A stretch of 64,000 nt of DNA from Candidatus Dojkabacteria bacterium (GTDB taxonomy: Bacteria; Patescibacteriota; Dojkabacteria; J137): NCBI GenBank assembly GCA_025999215.1, contig AP024679.1:711457-775456 (forward strand), read 5' to 3'. Of the stretch, positions 18,660-28,576 are shown one piece after another (the first letter of the stretch is position 1; the number at the start of each line of letters is the position of its first letter). A model generated the notes under the pieces. The model saw only the letters and a list, made by a program, of their open reading frames with translations. It was not told the DNA's origin and ran no database searches. Made by a program: the position numbers and the translations under genes.

Positions 18660-19061
18660 TTATTCCAAATCACCAATATAATATTCTTGCCAATCTTGAG
18701 GCTGTACACTATTGTGAGCCCCTACATTATCAAATACCTGTGTTATATCTTTTCCACAATTTTTGAAGATTGCTTCAGCTCCCCCAGGGTGTTTTTTTGC
18801 ATAATCCGTAACATCGTACACTTTCTCATCATAAACAACATAACAATCGCTTTCAGAATTATGCATAGCTACTTCCTCAAGAGTGAACTTAACATCTGTA
18901 TTTGAAACACTTTCTTTTGATTCTTCTTGAACTTCGTTTCCATCTTTTGCACTAGAATCTAAAGAGTCGTCATCTGATTGATTTTGAAATACAAAAAACG
19001 CAAGAATAGCACTTGAAACTAGCATAAATGCTACCACTACAAACAAAAGGTTTTTCTTCAT
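18660..19061 (-). CDS. Cytochrome b5-like heme-binding domain protein, membrane-anchored and extracytoplasmic
   Basis: 133 aa with an N-terminal TM helix. The C-terminal domain has the HPGG heme-ligand motif (AKKHPGGAEAIFKNCGKDITQVF) and a second His (VGAHN). Confidence 0.75.
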   Translation of the reverse strand: MKKNLLFVVVAFMLVSSAILAFFVFQNQSDDDSLDSSAKDGNEVQEESKESVSNTDVKFTLEEVAMHNSESDCYVVYDEKVYDVTDYAKKHPGGAEAIFKNCGKDITQVFDNVGAHNSVQPQDWQEYYIGDLE

Positions 19062-19111
19062 AATTTAAAAGATAAAATTTAAATCTAAGTTAATTTATCA
19101 TAAATCTAAAT

Positions 19112-19435
19112 TTAATCCAAATCAACGGGAAATACGACTTCCCCAGTATCTTTTTTGATTATCTTTATTGCAAAAACTGGACAAGACTGAGCGCCAGCCA
19201 AAATAATCTCATCTTCATCAAAGTTTTCAGTATCTAATCTCAACTGTGCTTTATTTTCTTCGTCCATGAAAAAAGTTTCAGCAGCAATTGCAGCGCATGA
19301 AGCAGCACCAATACAAACATTTCTATCATATTCAATAATGTATTTACTAGTTTCAGAAGTTGCTCTAAAAACCCCAGGTTTAATTTCTTCTATTATTATT
19401 CCATTTTTGTTTTTGATAATTTTTGAATTATTCAT
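19112..19435 (-). CDS. Single-cluster ferredoxin (CxxAxxC...CP, 3Fe-4S-type motif)
   Basis: 107 aa. CIGAASC...AQSCPVFAI matches the mono-cluster ferredoxin pattern, with the second Cys replaced by Ala. Confidence 0.6.
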   Translation of the reverse strand: MNNSKIIKNKNGIIIEEIKPGVFRATSETSKYIIEYDRNVCIGAASCAAIAAETFFMDEENKAQLRLDTENFDEDEIILAGAQSCPVFAIKIIKKDTGEVVFPVDLD

Positions 19436-19498
19436 AATTTTATTTTAAAATTTATTCGCGATAAGACATTTTAGCTTTAAACGTTTAAATTTTTCAAG

Positions 19499-19927
19499 AT
19501 GGTTACAAAAAAAAATATTATGATTTTTGTAAGTTTAGTGGGTTTAGCAGTTTCAACGTATCTTGCTTATCTTTACTCTCAACCAGAACCCATAGTTTGC
19601 GCAACAGACTGTGAATTGGTTCGGGAAAGCAAATATTCTACTCTTTACGGTATAAAAGTTCCTATTTTAGGAATAATTTTTTATACCACCTCACTGATAG
19701 CGCTATTTCTTAAAAATAACAAAAAAATAGGTAGTTTTATAAACTTCTTTCTTCAAATAATGCTAACTACTGGTTTTATATATTCTATTTATTTAACCTT
19801 CATAGAAGTTTTTGTGATTAATGCAATATGCCAATGGTGTGTGGTATCAGCGATTTGTTCGTTGTTGTTGTTTGTAATTCACACCTCCGCATTTCTTGAG
19901 TTTTTAGAAAAAAGAAAAATTGTATAA
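19499..19927 (+). CDS. Vitamin K epoxide reductase (VKOR) family protein, a DsbB analogue
   Basis: 142 aa with 4 TM helices. It has the loop Cys pair CATDC and the active-site CQWC at the start of TM4, as in bacterial VKOR. Confidence 0.7.
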   Translation: MVTKKNIMIFVSLVGLAVSTYLAYLYSQPEPIVCATDCELVRESKYSTLYGIKVPILGIIFYTTSLIALFLKNNKKIGSFINFFLQIMLTTGFIYSIYLTFIEVFVINAICQWCVVSAICSLLLFVIHTSAFLEFLEKRKIV

Positions 19928-19992
19928 CAATACAATGACGTAACCTCTTTCAACTGAAATAATTCTATAATTTTATTTCTTATTTATTTTAT

Positions 19993-20310
19993 ATGAATAT
20001 ACAAACAATTTTCTTGGTTGGAAGAGCCACTAAAGATCTAGAGATACAAGATAGTAAAAATGGAAATAAGTATGTGAGATTTTCTTTAGCCGTAAATGAC
20101 TATGATAAAAGTGCTGAAAAGGAAGAAGTTACTTATTACGATGTATTATTATTTGGACAGCAAGCAGAAAATGCTTCTGAAAGAATCAAAAAAGGTGATG
20201 CAGTTCTTGTAGTCGGCAAACCTGAAATTGATGCATATGCATCAAAAAACGAAGGTGAGCCAAAAGCTAAAGTATCTGTAATTGCTAAATATTGGCAAGC
20301 TCTTAAATAA
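19993..20310 (+). CDS. ssb: Single-stranded DNA-binding protein (short OB-fold SSB)
   Basis: 105 aa with an SSB-like OB-fold pattern (IFLVGRATKDLE...YVRFSLAVND...YYDVLLFG). It lacks the long acidic C-terminal tail. Confidence 0.6.
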   Translation: MNIQTIFLVGRATKDLEIQDSKNGNKYVRFSLAVNDYDKSAEKEEVTYYDVLLFGQQAENASERIKKGDAVLVVGKPEIDAYASKNEGEPKAKVSVIAKYWQALK

Positions 20311-20366
20311 ATCTTATTGTTATCTAAACAAAAATACTTGTAATTTTTCTTGTTTTTTAATATACT

Positions 20367-21041
20367 TTGCACAGTAAACTAAAAAATATGGCAAAGAAAA
20401 AAAGTAGAAATAAAAGTAAACAATCAAATCAAAAGCAAGAAAAAACCCAACAAAACAAGCAAAAAAATGAGAAGATAGAATCAAAATCTGACAAGAATGG
20501 AAAAAGTGGCACTAAAGCTTTCACTATTTTATTCTTGGTAACCATTCTGGGCTTGGTGTTACTTTTTGGGGTTGTTGGTTCAATATTTTTCATAAAGGAT
20601 ACCTTACTTAATGATAATGATAATGGTAATGATGGTGATAAAGTTGAAGAATATTCGTTAGCGAATGATAAAGAACAACAAATTGATACAGAAAAACCTC
20701 GTGAAGAAGATGCTTTAGAAATTGAAAAAATGGAAAACCAAAACGAGGATTCGCTTGATACTATTGCTGAAGCTACAGAGAGTGACAAAAATTCCAATGA
20801 AAAAGAAGAGGAAACTGGAGCGATTAGTGCTGAATCCAGTACGCCCGAAACCTCAGAAACTACGCAGAATAGGACACATGTAGTTTCTAGAGGAGATACT
20901 CTTTGGGATTTAGCCCAGAATTATTATGGGTCGGGATTTGAATGGGTAAAAATCCTTGAAGAGAACAAGGCAATGATTGGGTTTCTACCAAACGGGGAAC
21001 AAGCACTTATTTTCCCCGGGCAAGTACTTGTGATACCGTGA
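20367..21041 (+). CDS. LysM-domain membrane protein with a Lys-rich N-terminus and an acidic linker
   Basis: 224 aa with a TM helix. The C-terminal LysM domain is HVVSRGDTLWDLAQNYYGSGFEWVKILEENK. It ends in a TGA stop. Confidence 0.7.
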   Translation: MHSKLKNMAKKKSRNKSKQSNQKQEKTQQNKQKNEKIESKSDKNGKSGTKAFTILFLVTILGLVLLFGVVGSIFFIKDTLLNDNDNGNDGDKVEEYSLANDKEQQIDTEKPREEDALEIEKMENQNEDSLDTIAEATESDKNSNEKEEETGAISAESSTPETSETTQNRTHVVSRGDTLWDLAQNYYGSGFEWVKILEENKAMIGFLPNGEQALIFPGQVLVIP

Positions 21042-21102
21042 ATATTTTAAAATTAAAAATTTGCGCTTGATTTTAAGAAAGTATTTTAAAAGCGCAACAA
21101 AA

Positions 21103-21133
21103 AAGACCACATGTAATGTTGGTCTTTTTTGTT
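21103..21133 (+). terminator. Rho-independent terminator after the LysM gene
   Basis: An imperfect hairpin, GACCACA-TGTAA-TGTTGGTC, is followed by TTTTTTGTTTAT. Confidence 0.45.
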
Positions 21134-21147
21134 TATATTTTAAATGT

Positions 21148-22488
21148 TTAGAAAATTATATAATCTCTCTCATCTCCATATACTCTTTTATCAAAAACTT
21201 TTGGAATAATGTTTGTACTCATTTTACTTTCATAATCAATAAGACCTTTTTTCAAGTCGTCAAAAGAATTTATAAAATATAAATATTTTTTGATATCTTC
21301 ACTTAAATTCAAAGATCTTATCAATTCCGTCACTTTCGTGTTCCATGAATTTCCAAATAAATACACAGGTTTAGATGTAGCTCCATAAAGCGATATAAAT
21401 TCAAGTAAGTTAGCCAAAAAATTAAAGGTTGAATGATGAGAATCATCAAAAAATATAAAGTATCTACATTCCTTGATGAAAAAAATCATTTTTTCAAATA
21501 AATTTGAATAGTAAAAAAACGTCACATTATCACCTGGAGAAACTTTTAAAGTTTGATCATTTTGCATAGACTCAAAAGGCGAAAAAACAACAACTGTTGA
21601 TTTTACATTCTTATTTGCAACTCTATTTACAATTGATACATTTTTTCCGGTATTCACATCAAACAAAACCCTACCTGGATTAGTTACATAAAAATTAACT
21701 AATTCCTTCAAAAAATTTTCATCTACGACATTACTTTGATTAAATCCTACAACTCCTGGTTTAGTTAAAACTTTTATTTTACTAGTATTAAAATCTTTCT
21801 CCTCATATGAACTGTTGGTTTCGGTCTTTTTATACCATTTTTTATCGTATCTATTAATTTTATCTGAAGAATTATTTGCATTTTTTGATTGCCCAGCTAA
21901 ATCTGTATTTATGGTTTCAGCATTGGCTTCTTTGTCTTTGTCAGCATTTTGATCTTGTGTGTTCTGATTATCTAAGTTTTGATTATTTTTATTTGCTTCC
22001 AATTTTTGATCCATATTGGAATCTATATTTAATTCAGAACTATTATCAGAAGCTGCATCCTTTTCTATTTGAATGTCATCAGCTGGATTATCATCAAAAA
22101 GCTTGGTATTTAAATTTGATTTTTGCATATCCATTTGTGTATCAACGCTTTGTTCTGTATTATTTTGTGAATTGTTTGCATTTACCTCAAGGTTAGTATT
22201 CTGTTGAGTTTCATCCTTGCTTTGATACTCATTCTGAATTGGCGAAGGATTAAAATTATTTACGTCTGAATTTAAATTTGACTGTGAAAACTCACCCGAT
22301 TGCCCTCCCACTTGATTTTCTAAACTTGCATTTGAAAATTCATTAACTTGCGCTTGGGCTTCTTTAGCCTGATCAGTGCTTTGTAGTTGTTGTTCTTGCG
22401 GAATATTTGTAGTTACTTGAGCATTTTGATACTGATTCACTGTGTCAGAATTCGTGGAATTTTCATTTAAAAAATTTGGATTAGACAT
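21148..22488 (-). CDS. Hypothetical protein with a Q/N-rich low-complexity N-terminal half and a structured C-terminal domain
   Basis: 446 aa. Residues 1 to about 200 are Gln/Asn/Ser-rich. The C-terminal roughly 230 aa have ordinary composition with no motif recognised. Confidence 0.45.
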   Translation of the reverse strand: MSNPNFLNENSTNSDTVNQYQNAQVTTNIPQEQQLQSTDQAKEAQAQVNEFSNASLENQVGGQSGEFSQSNLNSDVNNFNPSPIQNEYQSKDETQQNTNLEVNANNSQNNTEQSVDTQMDMQKSNLNTKLFDDNPADDIQIEKDAASDNSSELNIDSNMDQKLEANKNNQNLDNQNTQDQNADKDKEANAETINTDLAGQSKNANNSSDKINRYDKKWYKKTETNSSYEEKDFNTSKIKVLTKPGVVGFNQSNVVDENFLKELVNFYVTNPGRVLFDVNTGKNVSIVNRVANKNVKSTVVVFSPFESMQNDQTLKVSPGDNVTFFYYSNLFEKMIFFIKECRYFIFFDDSHHSTFNFLANLLEFISLYGATSKPVYLFGNSWNTKVTELIRSLNLSEDIKKYLYFINSFDDLKKGLIDYESKMSTNIIPKVFDKRVYGDERDYIIF

Positions 22489-22589
22489 TTGTAGATTCTT
22501 GTTGACCTAAATTTTCACTTTGAGCATCAAAAGTTTGAGATTGCAGAATATGCTGGATCCTTGCGAAACCATTGCGGTTTGGCTCAACG

Positions 22590-22982
22590 TTAGATGTTTG
22601 AGTCTGAGTTTTTTTGCATTTCTAACTCTTGTTGCCACTTTAACGGATCAAAATCATCCTGTTGGTTGGCTACATTTTGTACATTTTGATTTAAAACTGG
22701 TTGCGGAATTTGAGAAAAATCATCATTGAGAGGTGTTGGATCAGCAAAATTCTCTTGATTTATGTTTGTATTTAAATTTTGCTGATTAGAATAATTTTGA
22801 CTCTGAGTTAAATTATTTGAGTTGCTGGAATACTGAGTGTTAGCATTTGACTGTGATTGCAAATTATTTCCTTGGTTATCGTTTTGTGTCTGTTGTGAAT
22901 TACCTCCACTAATCGGAGGTTGCACTAAACCTGATTGGTTTTTATTATCTTTGTCTTTTTTGCCAAAATCGAAAATTCCCAT
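22590..22982 (-). CDS. Q/N-rich low-complexity small protein
   Basis: 130 aa with QNxNQ-type repeats. It lies directly upstream of, and on the same strand as, the 446-aa Q/N-rich protein. Confidence 0.4.
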   Translation of the reverse strand: MGIFDFGKKDKDNKNQSGLVQPPISGGNSQQTQNDNQGNNLQSQSNANTQYSSNSNNLTQSQNYSNQQNLNTNINQENFADPTPLNDDFSQIPQPVLNQNVQNVANQQDDFDPLKWQQELEMQKNSDSNI

Positions 22983-23084
22983 AAATAAACTCTAACTAAT
23001 TCAAGATACAAAAATATTTGAAGAGATGCAAGTTTTTATTTTTATAATTCTGGAAATTATTGCAGGGTTTATTTTAATTCAGTA

Positions 23085-24185
23085 TCAAACTGATTTTACC
23101 CATTCAACCACTAACTTTCTGAAAATTTCTAAATCTTCAATATCACACCACTCGTTTACAATATGTATGTCCGAACATTTTGATTTACACATCACTACTG
23201 GAATGCCGTTTGCACTGAAAAACCTTGAGTCAGATCCACCTAAAGCTTTATAAAATTCTGGTTTTTTAAGGTTTTTATTCTTCAAGACTTCTATCCACTT
23301 TTTTAAGAAATAATTTTGTTCATCTGTATTCATCCCATAACTAATTACAGGTTCACTAGTTATTGTTACATTTCTTTCTTTAAAAACATTCATAACTATT
23401 TTTTTTATATTTTCTAAACCAATCTCTGATGGGAATCTAATATCAAATCTACCAAGTGCTTTATCTGGAACTTTATTAAATGCATCTCCTCCTTCAATCT
23501 TGGATAAAGATATTGTTGGAATCCATACACTATCCTTTTGTTTTTCTCCCCACACTTCGTTGAATTTAGTTTCAATTTCATTATAAGCTTTCCAAAGTTC
23601 ATTTATTGCATTTACTCCTTCCCACGGTCTAGATGAATGAGCACTTTTACCTTTACTTTCAACTTCAACAAACCACACACCTTTCTCACCAGTGCAAATC
23701 TCCCAATTTTTTTTACCTGTATCTGGAACAAAAGCACAATCGCAACTAAAACCTTCTTCGTTTAGCAAATAATCAACACCATCAAATCCTCCTTGTTCTT
23801 CATCTGAAGTTATCATTAAACCAATTTCTTTATCTATTCCTTCTTTTATCAAGTCAACAAATGCATATATCATTCCCACAACCGGACCTTTCATATCGCT
23901 AGCACCTCGACCGTAAATTTTAGATCATTTTTGATAAGGCTCAAAAGCTTTTGGATAATCGCCCGGAACAACATCAATATGTCCATTCAGAAAAATTTTA
24001 GGTTTTTTAGTAAAAGTATTGGTTACAACTAATGATGGTTTGCCATTTTTCTCATATCTTCTTGTGTGTACATCGTAATCATTAAAAAAAGAATCTAAAA
24101 AATCAATTGCTTCATTTAACTTATCTGGTTTGTATACAGTTGTTTCAAAAGACAAAAGCTTTTTCAGAAAAATTTTCATTTCCAT
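23085..24185 (-). pseudogene. M20-family metallopeptidase (DapE/ArgE-like) interrupted by a single in-frame TGA at 23925-23927
   Basis: The track ORFs 23925..24185 and 23085..23894 are in the same frame (start offset 291 = 97 x 3). Read through the TGA, the sequence is GHIDVVPGDYPKAFEPYQK*SKIYGRGASDMKGPVVG, which reproduces the conserved M20 HxD...GRGAxDMKG block. Confidence 0.6.
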
Positions 24186-24212
24186 ATTAAAAAAGTAATT
24201 TTTGAAAAGTAG

Positions 24213-25649
24213 TTGTATTATAACACTAAAGTTTTACTTTACAAAACTCAATATCTAAAATATAATTTGTTTGTGAAAAACAAATATCAAAAATATCTCG
24301 ATGAACTAATTGAATTACTGAAAATTCCAAGTATCTCCTCTTTGCCTACACATAAAAAAGATACTTTAAAAGCAGCAGAATTCATTATTGATGAATTAAA
24401 AAAGATTAATTTCAAAACGGAGTTATTTTACAGTAAAAAATATGGGGAAGAAAATCATTATCCTGTTATTTTCGCTGAAAAAATTTCAAATCCCAACAAC
24501 AAAACTATACTGATTTATGGTCACTATGATGTACAACCAGTTGATCCATTAACTGAATGGCTTACTGATCCTTTCAACCCAGAAATTAAGGAAGGTAAAA
24601 TCTATGCCAGAGGGGTAAATGACAATAAAGGTCAACTCTATACACATATTGCAGCACTCAAAGAATTAGATAAATGCTGGGGAGATAACTGGCCTGTGAA
24701 TGTAAAAATAATTTTTGAAGGTGAAGAAGAAAGTGGTGGCGAGACAATTGAAGCTTTTATTGATGAAAATAAAAATAATTCACTTTTGAAAGCGGACGTT
24801 TGCCTAGTCTCAGACACCCCTTGGATTAACAAAGATACTCCAGCAATACTAACTGGTTTACGAGGTATTGTTTATACACAAATTGATGTTAAAGCTTTTG
24901 ATGGTGATTTGCATTCTGGTGAATTTGGAGGAGCTGTCAGAAATCCCGCAAATGACCTTGCTTTTATAATTTCTAAACTTAAAGATGAAATTAGTGGAAA
25001 AATTTTAATACCTAACTTTTATGACAATGTTAAAGATTTTTCAAGTAATGAAAGAGAATTATTAAATAGTATCCCAGAAACAGAAAAACAATTTTTGAAA
25101 AATGCAAAAAATGCTAAAAGCACATTTATAGAATCTGGATACACTTTTATCGAAGGAAAAACAGTCAGACCAACGCTAGATGTAAATGGAATGTGGAGTG
25201 GATTTACTGAGGAAGGAGCCAAAACCATCATACCAGCAACAGCTCACGCAAAAGTAAGCATGAGGCTTGTACCCAATCAAGATCCCGAAAAAATATTTGA
25301 ATTATTTAAAAATTATGTGTTAAATATAGCTCCTGAGGGTCTAGATATAAGCGTTAATTTGATACATGGTGGCGAGTGGGTATCGACTTCAATTGATTCT
25401 GATTATGTTAAAATTGCTCAAAAAGCAATTAAAAAGGTTTTCAAAAAAGAAGCGCTTTTTTTCAAAGAAGGAGGATCAATTCCAGCAATTGCCAAAATAC
25501 AAAAAGCTTTAAATGTCGAGCCTGTTTTTTTGGGGTACGGGTTGCCAGATGATGCTTTACATAGCCCAAATGAAAAATTTGATTTAGACCAATTTTTTGG
25601 TGGTATTGATTGTAATATTGAGTTTTTTAAGTTAATATCAAAATCATGA
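24213..25649 (+). CDS. M20-family dipeptidase/deacylase (ArgE/DapE/ACY1/CPG2 family)
   Basis: 478 aa with YGHYDVQPVD, GVNDNKGQL and GEEESGG motifs. The true start is probably downstream, for example the GTG near 24273. It ends in a TGA stop overlapping the gatA ATG (ATGA). Confidence 0.8.
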   Translation: MYYNTKVLLYKTQYLKYNLFVKNKYQKYLDELIELLKIPSISSLPTHKKDTLKAAEFIIDELKKINFKTELFYSKKYGEENHYPVIFAEKISNPNNKTILIYGHYDVQPVDPLTEWLTDPFNPEIKEGKIYARGVNDNKGQLYTHIAALKELDKCWGDNWPVNVKIIFEGEEESGGETIEAFIDENKNNSLLKADVCLVSDTPWINKDTPAILTGLRGIVYTQIDVKAFDGDLHSGEFGGAVRNPANDLAFIISKLKDEISGKILIPNFYDNVKDFSSNERELLNSIPETEKQFLKNAKNAKSTFIESGYTFIEGKTVRPTLDVNGMWSGFTEEGAKTIIPATAHAKVSMRLVPNQDPEKIFELFKNYVLNIAPEGLDISVNLIHGGEWVSTSIDSDYVKIAQKAIKKVFKKEALFFKEGGSIPAIAKIQKALNVEPVFLGYGLPDDALHSPNEKFDLDQFFGGIDCNIEFFKLISKS

Positions 25650-27065
25650 GAAATAGTTTAGATATTCCTCAAATACCAAAGATAAAAGAAATAGTGAGTT
25701 TGGTAAAAACGGGTGATATTAAACCTACTGATCTAGTTAAAGAGCACATCAAAAGAATTAAAAATACCGAAAAAAATTTAAATGCCTTCATAACAATTTT
25801 AGAAAAAGAAGCCCTTGAGAGAGCAAAACAAATTGAAGCGGAAATAAAAAAAGGAAATTTAAATGGAAAACTCCTTGGTATACCTTTCACCGTAAAAGAT
25901 TTATATCTTGTAGAAGATACAATAACAACTTTTGCATCGCAGTATATGAAGGATTTTGTAGCTCCTTATACTTCAACAGTTGTAAAAAAAGCTTTGGATG
26001 AAGGTGCTATTTTGATAGGAAAAACAAATTGTGATCCTTGGGGTTTTGGAGGAAGCGGAGAAAATTCAGGTTTTGGTCCGAGTAAAAATCCTTATGATTT
26101 AGAAAGAGTTCCGGGGGGGTCTAGTTCTGGCTCAGCTGCAAGCTTAGCTGCTGGAATTGGATTTTTCTCCTTAGGCACAGACACAGGAGGATCAGTGAGA
26201 TTACCTGCAAATTTCTGTGGCCTTTATGGATATAAGCCTACATACGGAAGAAACTCAAGGTTTGGAATTGGAGTCATGGCAAGCTCATTTGACACTCCTG
26301 GATTCTTTGCTAGACATATCGAAGATATTGAATTACTAGAAGAAATTTTTGAAGGAGTTGATGAAAACGATCAAACAACTGATATTGCTCCAGAGAGTAG
26401 AAAAAAAAGAAAAATTAAAGTTTGGTTTGCCGCTTGAATATTTTGAAGAAAATTTTGATAAAGATACTAAAGACGCAATAAATCAAATAACTGAATCATT
26501 AAGAAGTTCTGGCTACTCGATAGAAAATGTATCGATTCCATCTAGCAAATTTGGCTTAAGTGTATACTACATTCTAGTGCCATCAGAAATTTCGTCAAAT
26601 AGAGCGCGATACGACGGTGTTAGGTATGGTCCCTTTGTTTCTGAAGAATATGAAGAAAACTTAGTTGAAGGAAGAAGTAAATATTTTGAAGATGAAGTAA
26701 AAAGAAGAATAATGATAGGAACTTATGCACTTAGCGCAGGTTACGGTGATGAGCTTTATCTTAAAGCTACAAAAGTTAGAAACAAAATCAAGCAAGAATT
26801 TGACGAAGCATTTAAAAAAGTTGATATACTTTTAGCTCCAACATCACCATCGAAAGCTTTCAAACTAGGTGAAAAAATTAATGATCCTATTTCAATGTAT
26901 CTAACTGATCTCTACACTGTAAATGCCAACATTACTGGAATACCAGCAATAAATATTCCGTTAGGCATAAAAGACAGATTACCAATTGGAATGCAGTTAA
27001 TGGCTCAAAGATGGAATGATGAATATTTATTTCAAGCTAGTAGAGTTATTAGAGAGCTTTCTTAG
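25646..27065 (+). CDS. gatA: Glutamyl-tRNA(Gln)/Asp-tRNA(Asn) amidotransferase subunit A, frameshifted in this sequence within an A8 run near 26398-26408
   Basis: The two overlapping track ORFs are in different frames (25646 = frame 2, 26349 = frame 0). Together they cover a full-length amidase-signature GatA: GGSSSGSAAS, then after the shift KFGLPLEYF and the C-terminal PAINIPLG. The shift falls in GAGAGTAGAAAAAAAAGAAAAATTAAAG. Confidence 0.75.
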
Positions 27066-28466
27066 TTTTTGACCACTTTTTGTATCTATTACAACAAGCC
27101 CATATTTTTCTGCAATCTCATCTCTTATTCTGTCTGCTTCTATAAAATTCTTTTCTTTTCTAGCCTTTTCCCTTTCATCTAAAAGTTTTCTTAATTCAGG
27201 TGTTATTTTGATGTCGTTATCTTTGTTATTTTCTAATTCTAAATCAAGCCCTAAAACTTTATCAAAATCTAAAATAGTTGCTCTCTTGTCTTCAGGGCTT
27301 AAATTTGAACTTAATACTTCCCATAAAACACTCAAACCAACCGCTATATTAAAATCATCTTCTAAAGCATTTATAAATTTTTCTTTATAATAATTACTTA
27401 TTTGTCCACCATTATTCGGAAAGCTATTAAGTTTTTCTAAAATTTTATCAAGAGATCGTGCTGAGGCATCTAACGCCTTAAAAGTAAAATTTTGCTTGGA
27501 CCTGTAATGAGCCGATAACAAAAAATACCTAAAATCTAGAGGTCTATATCCTTTTTGTTCTAAATCATCAAGCGTGAAAATATTTCCTTTTGATTTTGAC
27601 ATTTTTTCACCATCAATCAAAAGATGTTCATGATGCAACCAATATTTTACATACTCTTTACCTGTCAGAGCTTCGCTTTGAGCAATTTCGTTCGTATGAT
27701 GAACAGCGATGTGCTCTACTCCACCCATATGAATGTCTATAGTTTCTCCAAGTGTACTCAAAGCCATTGCTGAACATTCAATATGCCATCCTGGAAAACC
27801 ATGAAGTGTTGGCTGATTGATACCACTAAATTTATATTCCCATGTCTGAAGAGCATTTTTATGAACTCCTACTTTAAAAAACCACAAAGCAAAATCATAG
27901 GGATTTTTCTTATCATCATCTTCAACATCTCCAAAACCAGCTCCCACCTTGTTTTTTTCTAGCTTTTGACGATTTAGTTTATTGTATTCTGGAAATTTAT
28001 CCACATCAAAATAAATAGCTTTCTCCCTGGCATATGCATACCCCTTATCTAAAAGAGTTTGAGCAAATTCTGCCATTTTATATACATACTCAGTTGCTTT
28101 AGGCTCTACATCTGGAGGAATTACATTTAGTTTTTGTAAATCATTATGGTAAAGTGATGTATATTTTTCAGCAATTTCTTGAGGACTTAGTCTTTCTTTT
28201 TTTGCTCCCTTTGCCATTTTATCTTCACCTTCATCACCATCACTTACTAGGTGGCCAACGTCAGTTATATTTCTCACATATTTCACATCATATCCAAGAT
28301 ACTTTAAAGCCCTTCTAATCAAGTCTCCCCTAACGGCTGCACTTAAATTTCCAATGTGTTGCCTAGAGTAAACAGTTGGACCACACTGATAAAACCGAAC
28401 CTTTTTATCTTCAATTGGTACAAATTTTTCTTTTTTCCTAGTGAGGGTGTTAGTAATTTTTAACAT
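27027..28466 (-). CDS. cysS: Cysteinyl-tRNA synthetase
   Basis: 479 aa with the HIGN (class I HIGH) motif at CGPTVYSRQHIGN and KMSKSKGN. Confidence 0.9.
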   Translation of the reverse strand: MLKITNTLTRKKEKFVPIEDKKVRFYQCGPTVYSRQHIGNLSAAVRGDLIRRALKYLGYDVKYVRNITDVGHLVSDGDEGEDKMAKGAKKERLSPQEIAEKYTSLYHNDLQKLNVIPPDVEPKATEYVYKMAEFAQTLLDKGYAYAREKAIYFDVDKFPEYNKLNRQKLEKNKVGAGFGDVEDDDKKNPYDFALWFFKVGVHKNALQTWEYKFSGINQPTLHGFPGWHIECSAMALSTLGETIDIHMGGVEHIAVHHTNEIAQSEALTGKEYVKYWLHHEHLLIDGEKMSKSKGNIFTLDDLEQKGYRPLDFRYFLLSAHYRSKQNFTFKALDASARSLDKILEKLNSFPNNGGQISNYYKEKFINALEDDFNIAVGLSVLWEVLSSNLSPEDKRATILDFDKVLGLDLELENNKDNDIKITPELRKLLDEREKARKEKNFIEADRIRDEIAEKYGLVVIDTKSGQKLRKLSNNSTSLK

Positions 28467-28576
28467 AATTAATTTTAGCGTATTTTTTTATCTTTAAACA
28501 GTATTATTTTGGATATTGACATGAGAAACAATATGTACTATTATCTGATTCGTTATAGAAATTAAAATACTTAAAA

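Noticed and set aside
22489-22589. Possibility that the two Q/N-rich ORFs (22590..22982 and 21148..22488) are one gene
   Set aside because: The 100-nt spacer contains in-frame TAG and TAA in the frame leading into the downstream ATG. Joining them would need more than one change. Kept as two genes, pending read inspection.
24213-24272. N-terminal 20 aa (MYYNTKVLLYKTQYLKYNLF) of the intact M20 peptidase ORF
   Set aside because: It leaves only 27 nt to the divergent neighbouring gene, and the composition is atypical. A downstream GTG near 24273, just before the conserved KYLDELIELLKIPS, is a more plausible start. The CDS was still reported with the track coordinates.
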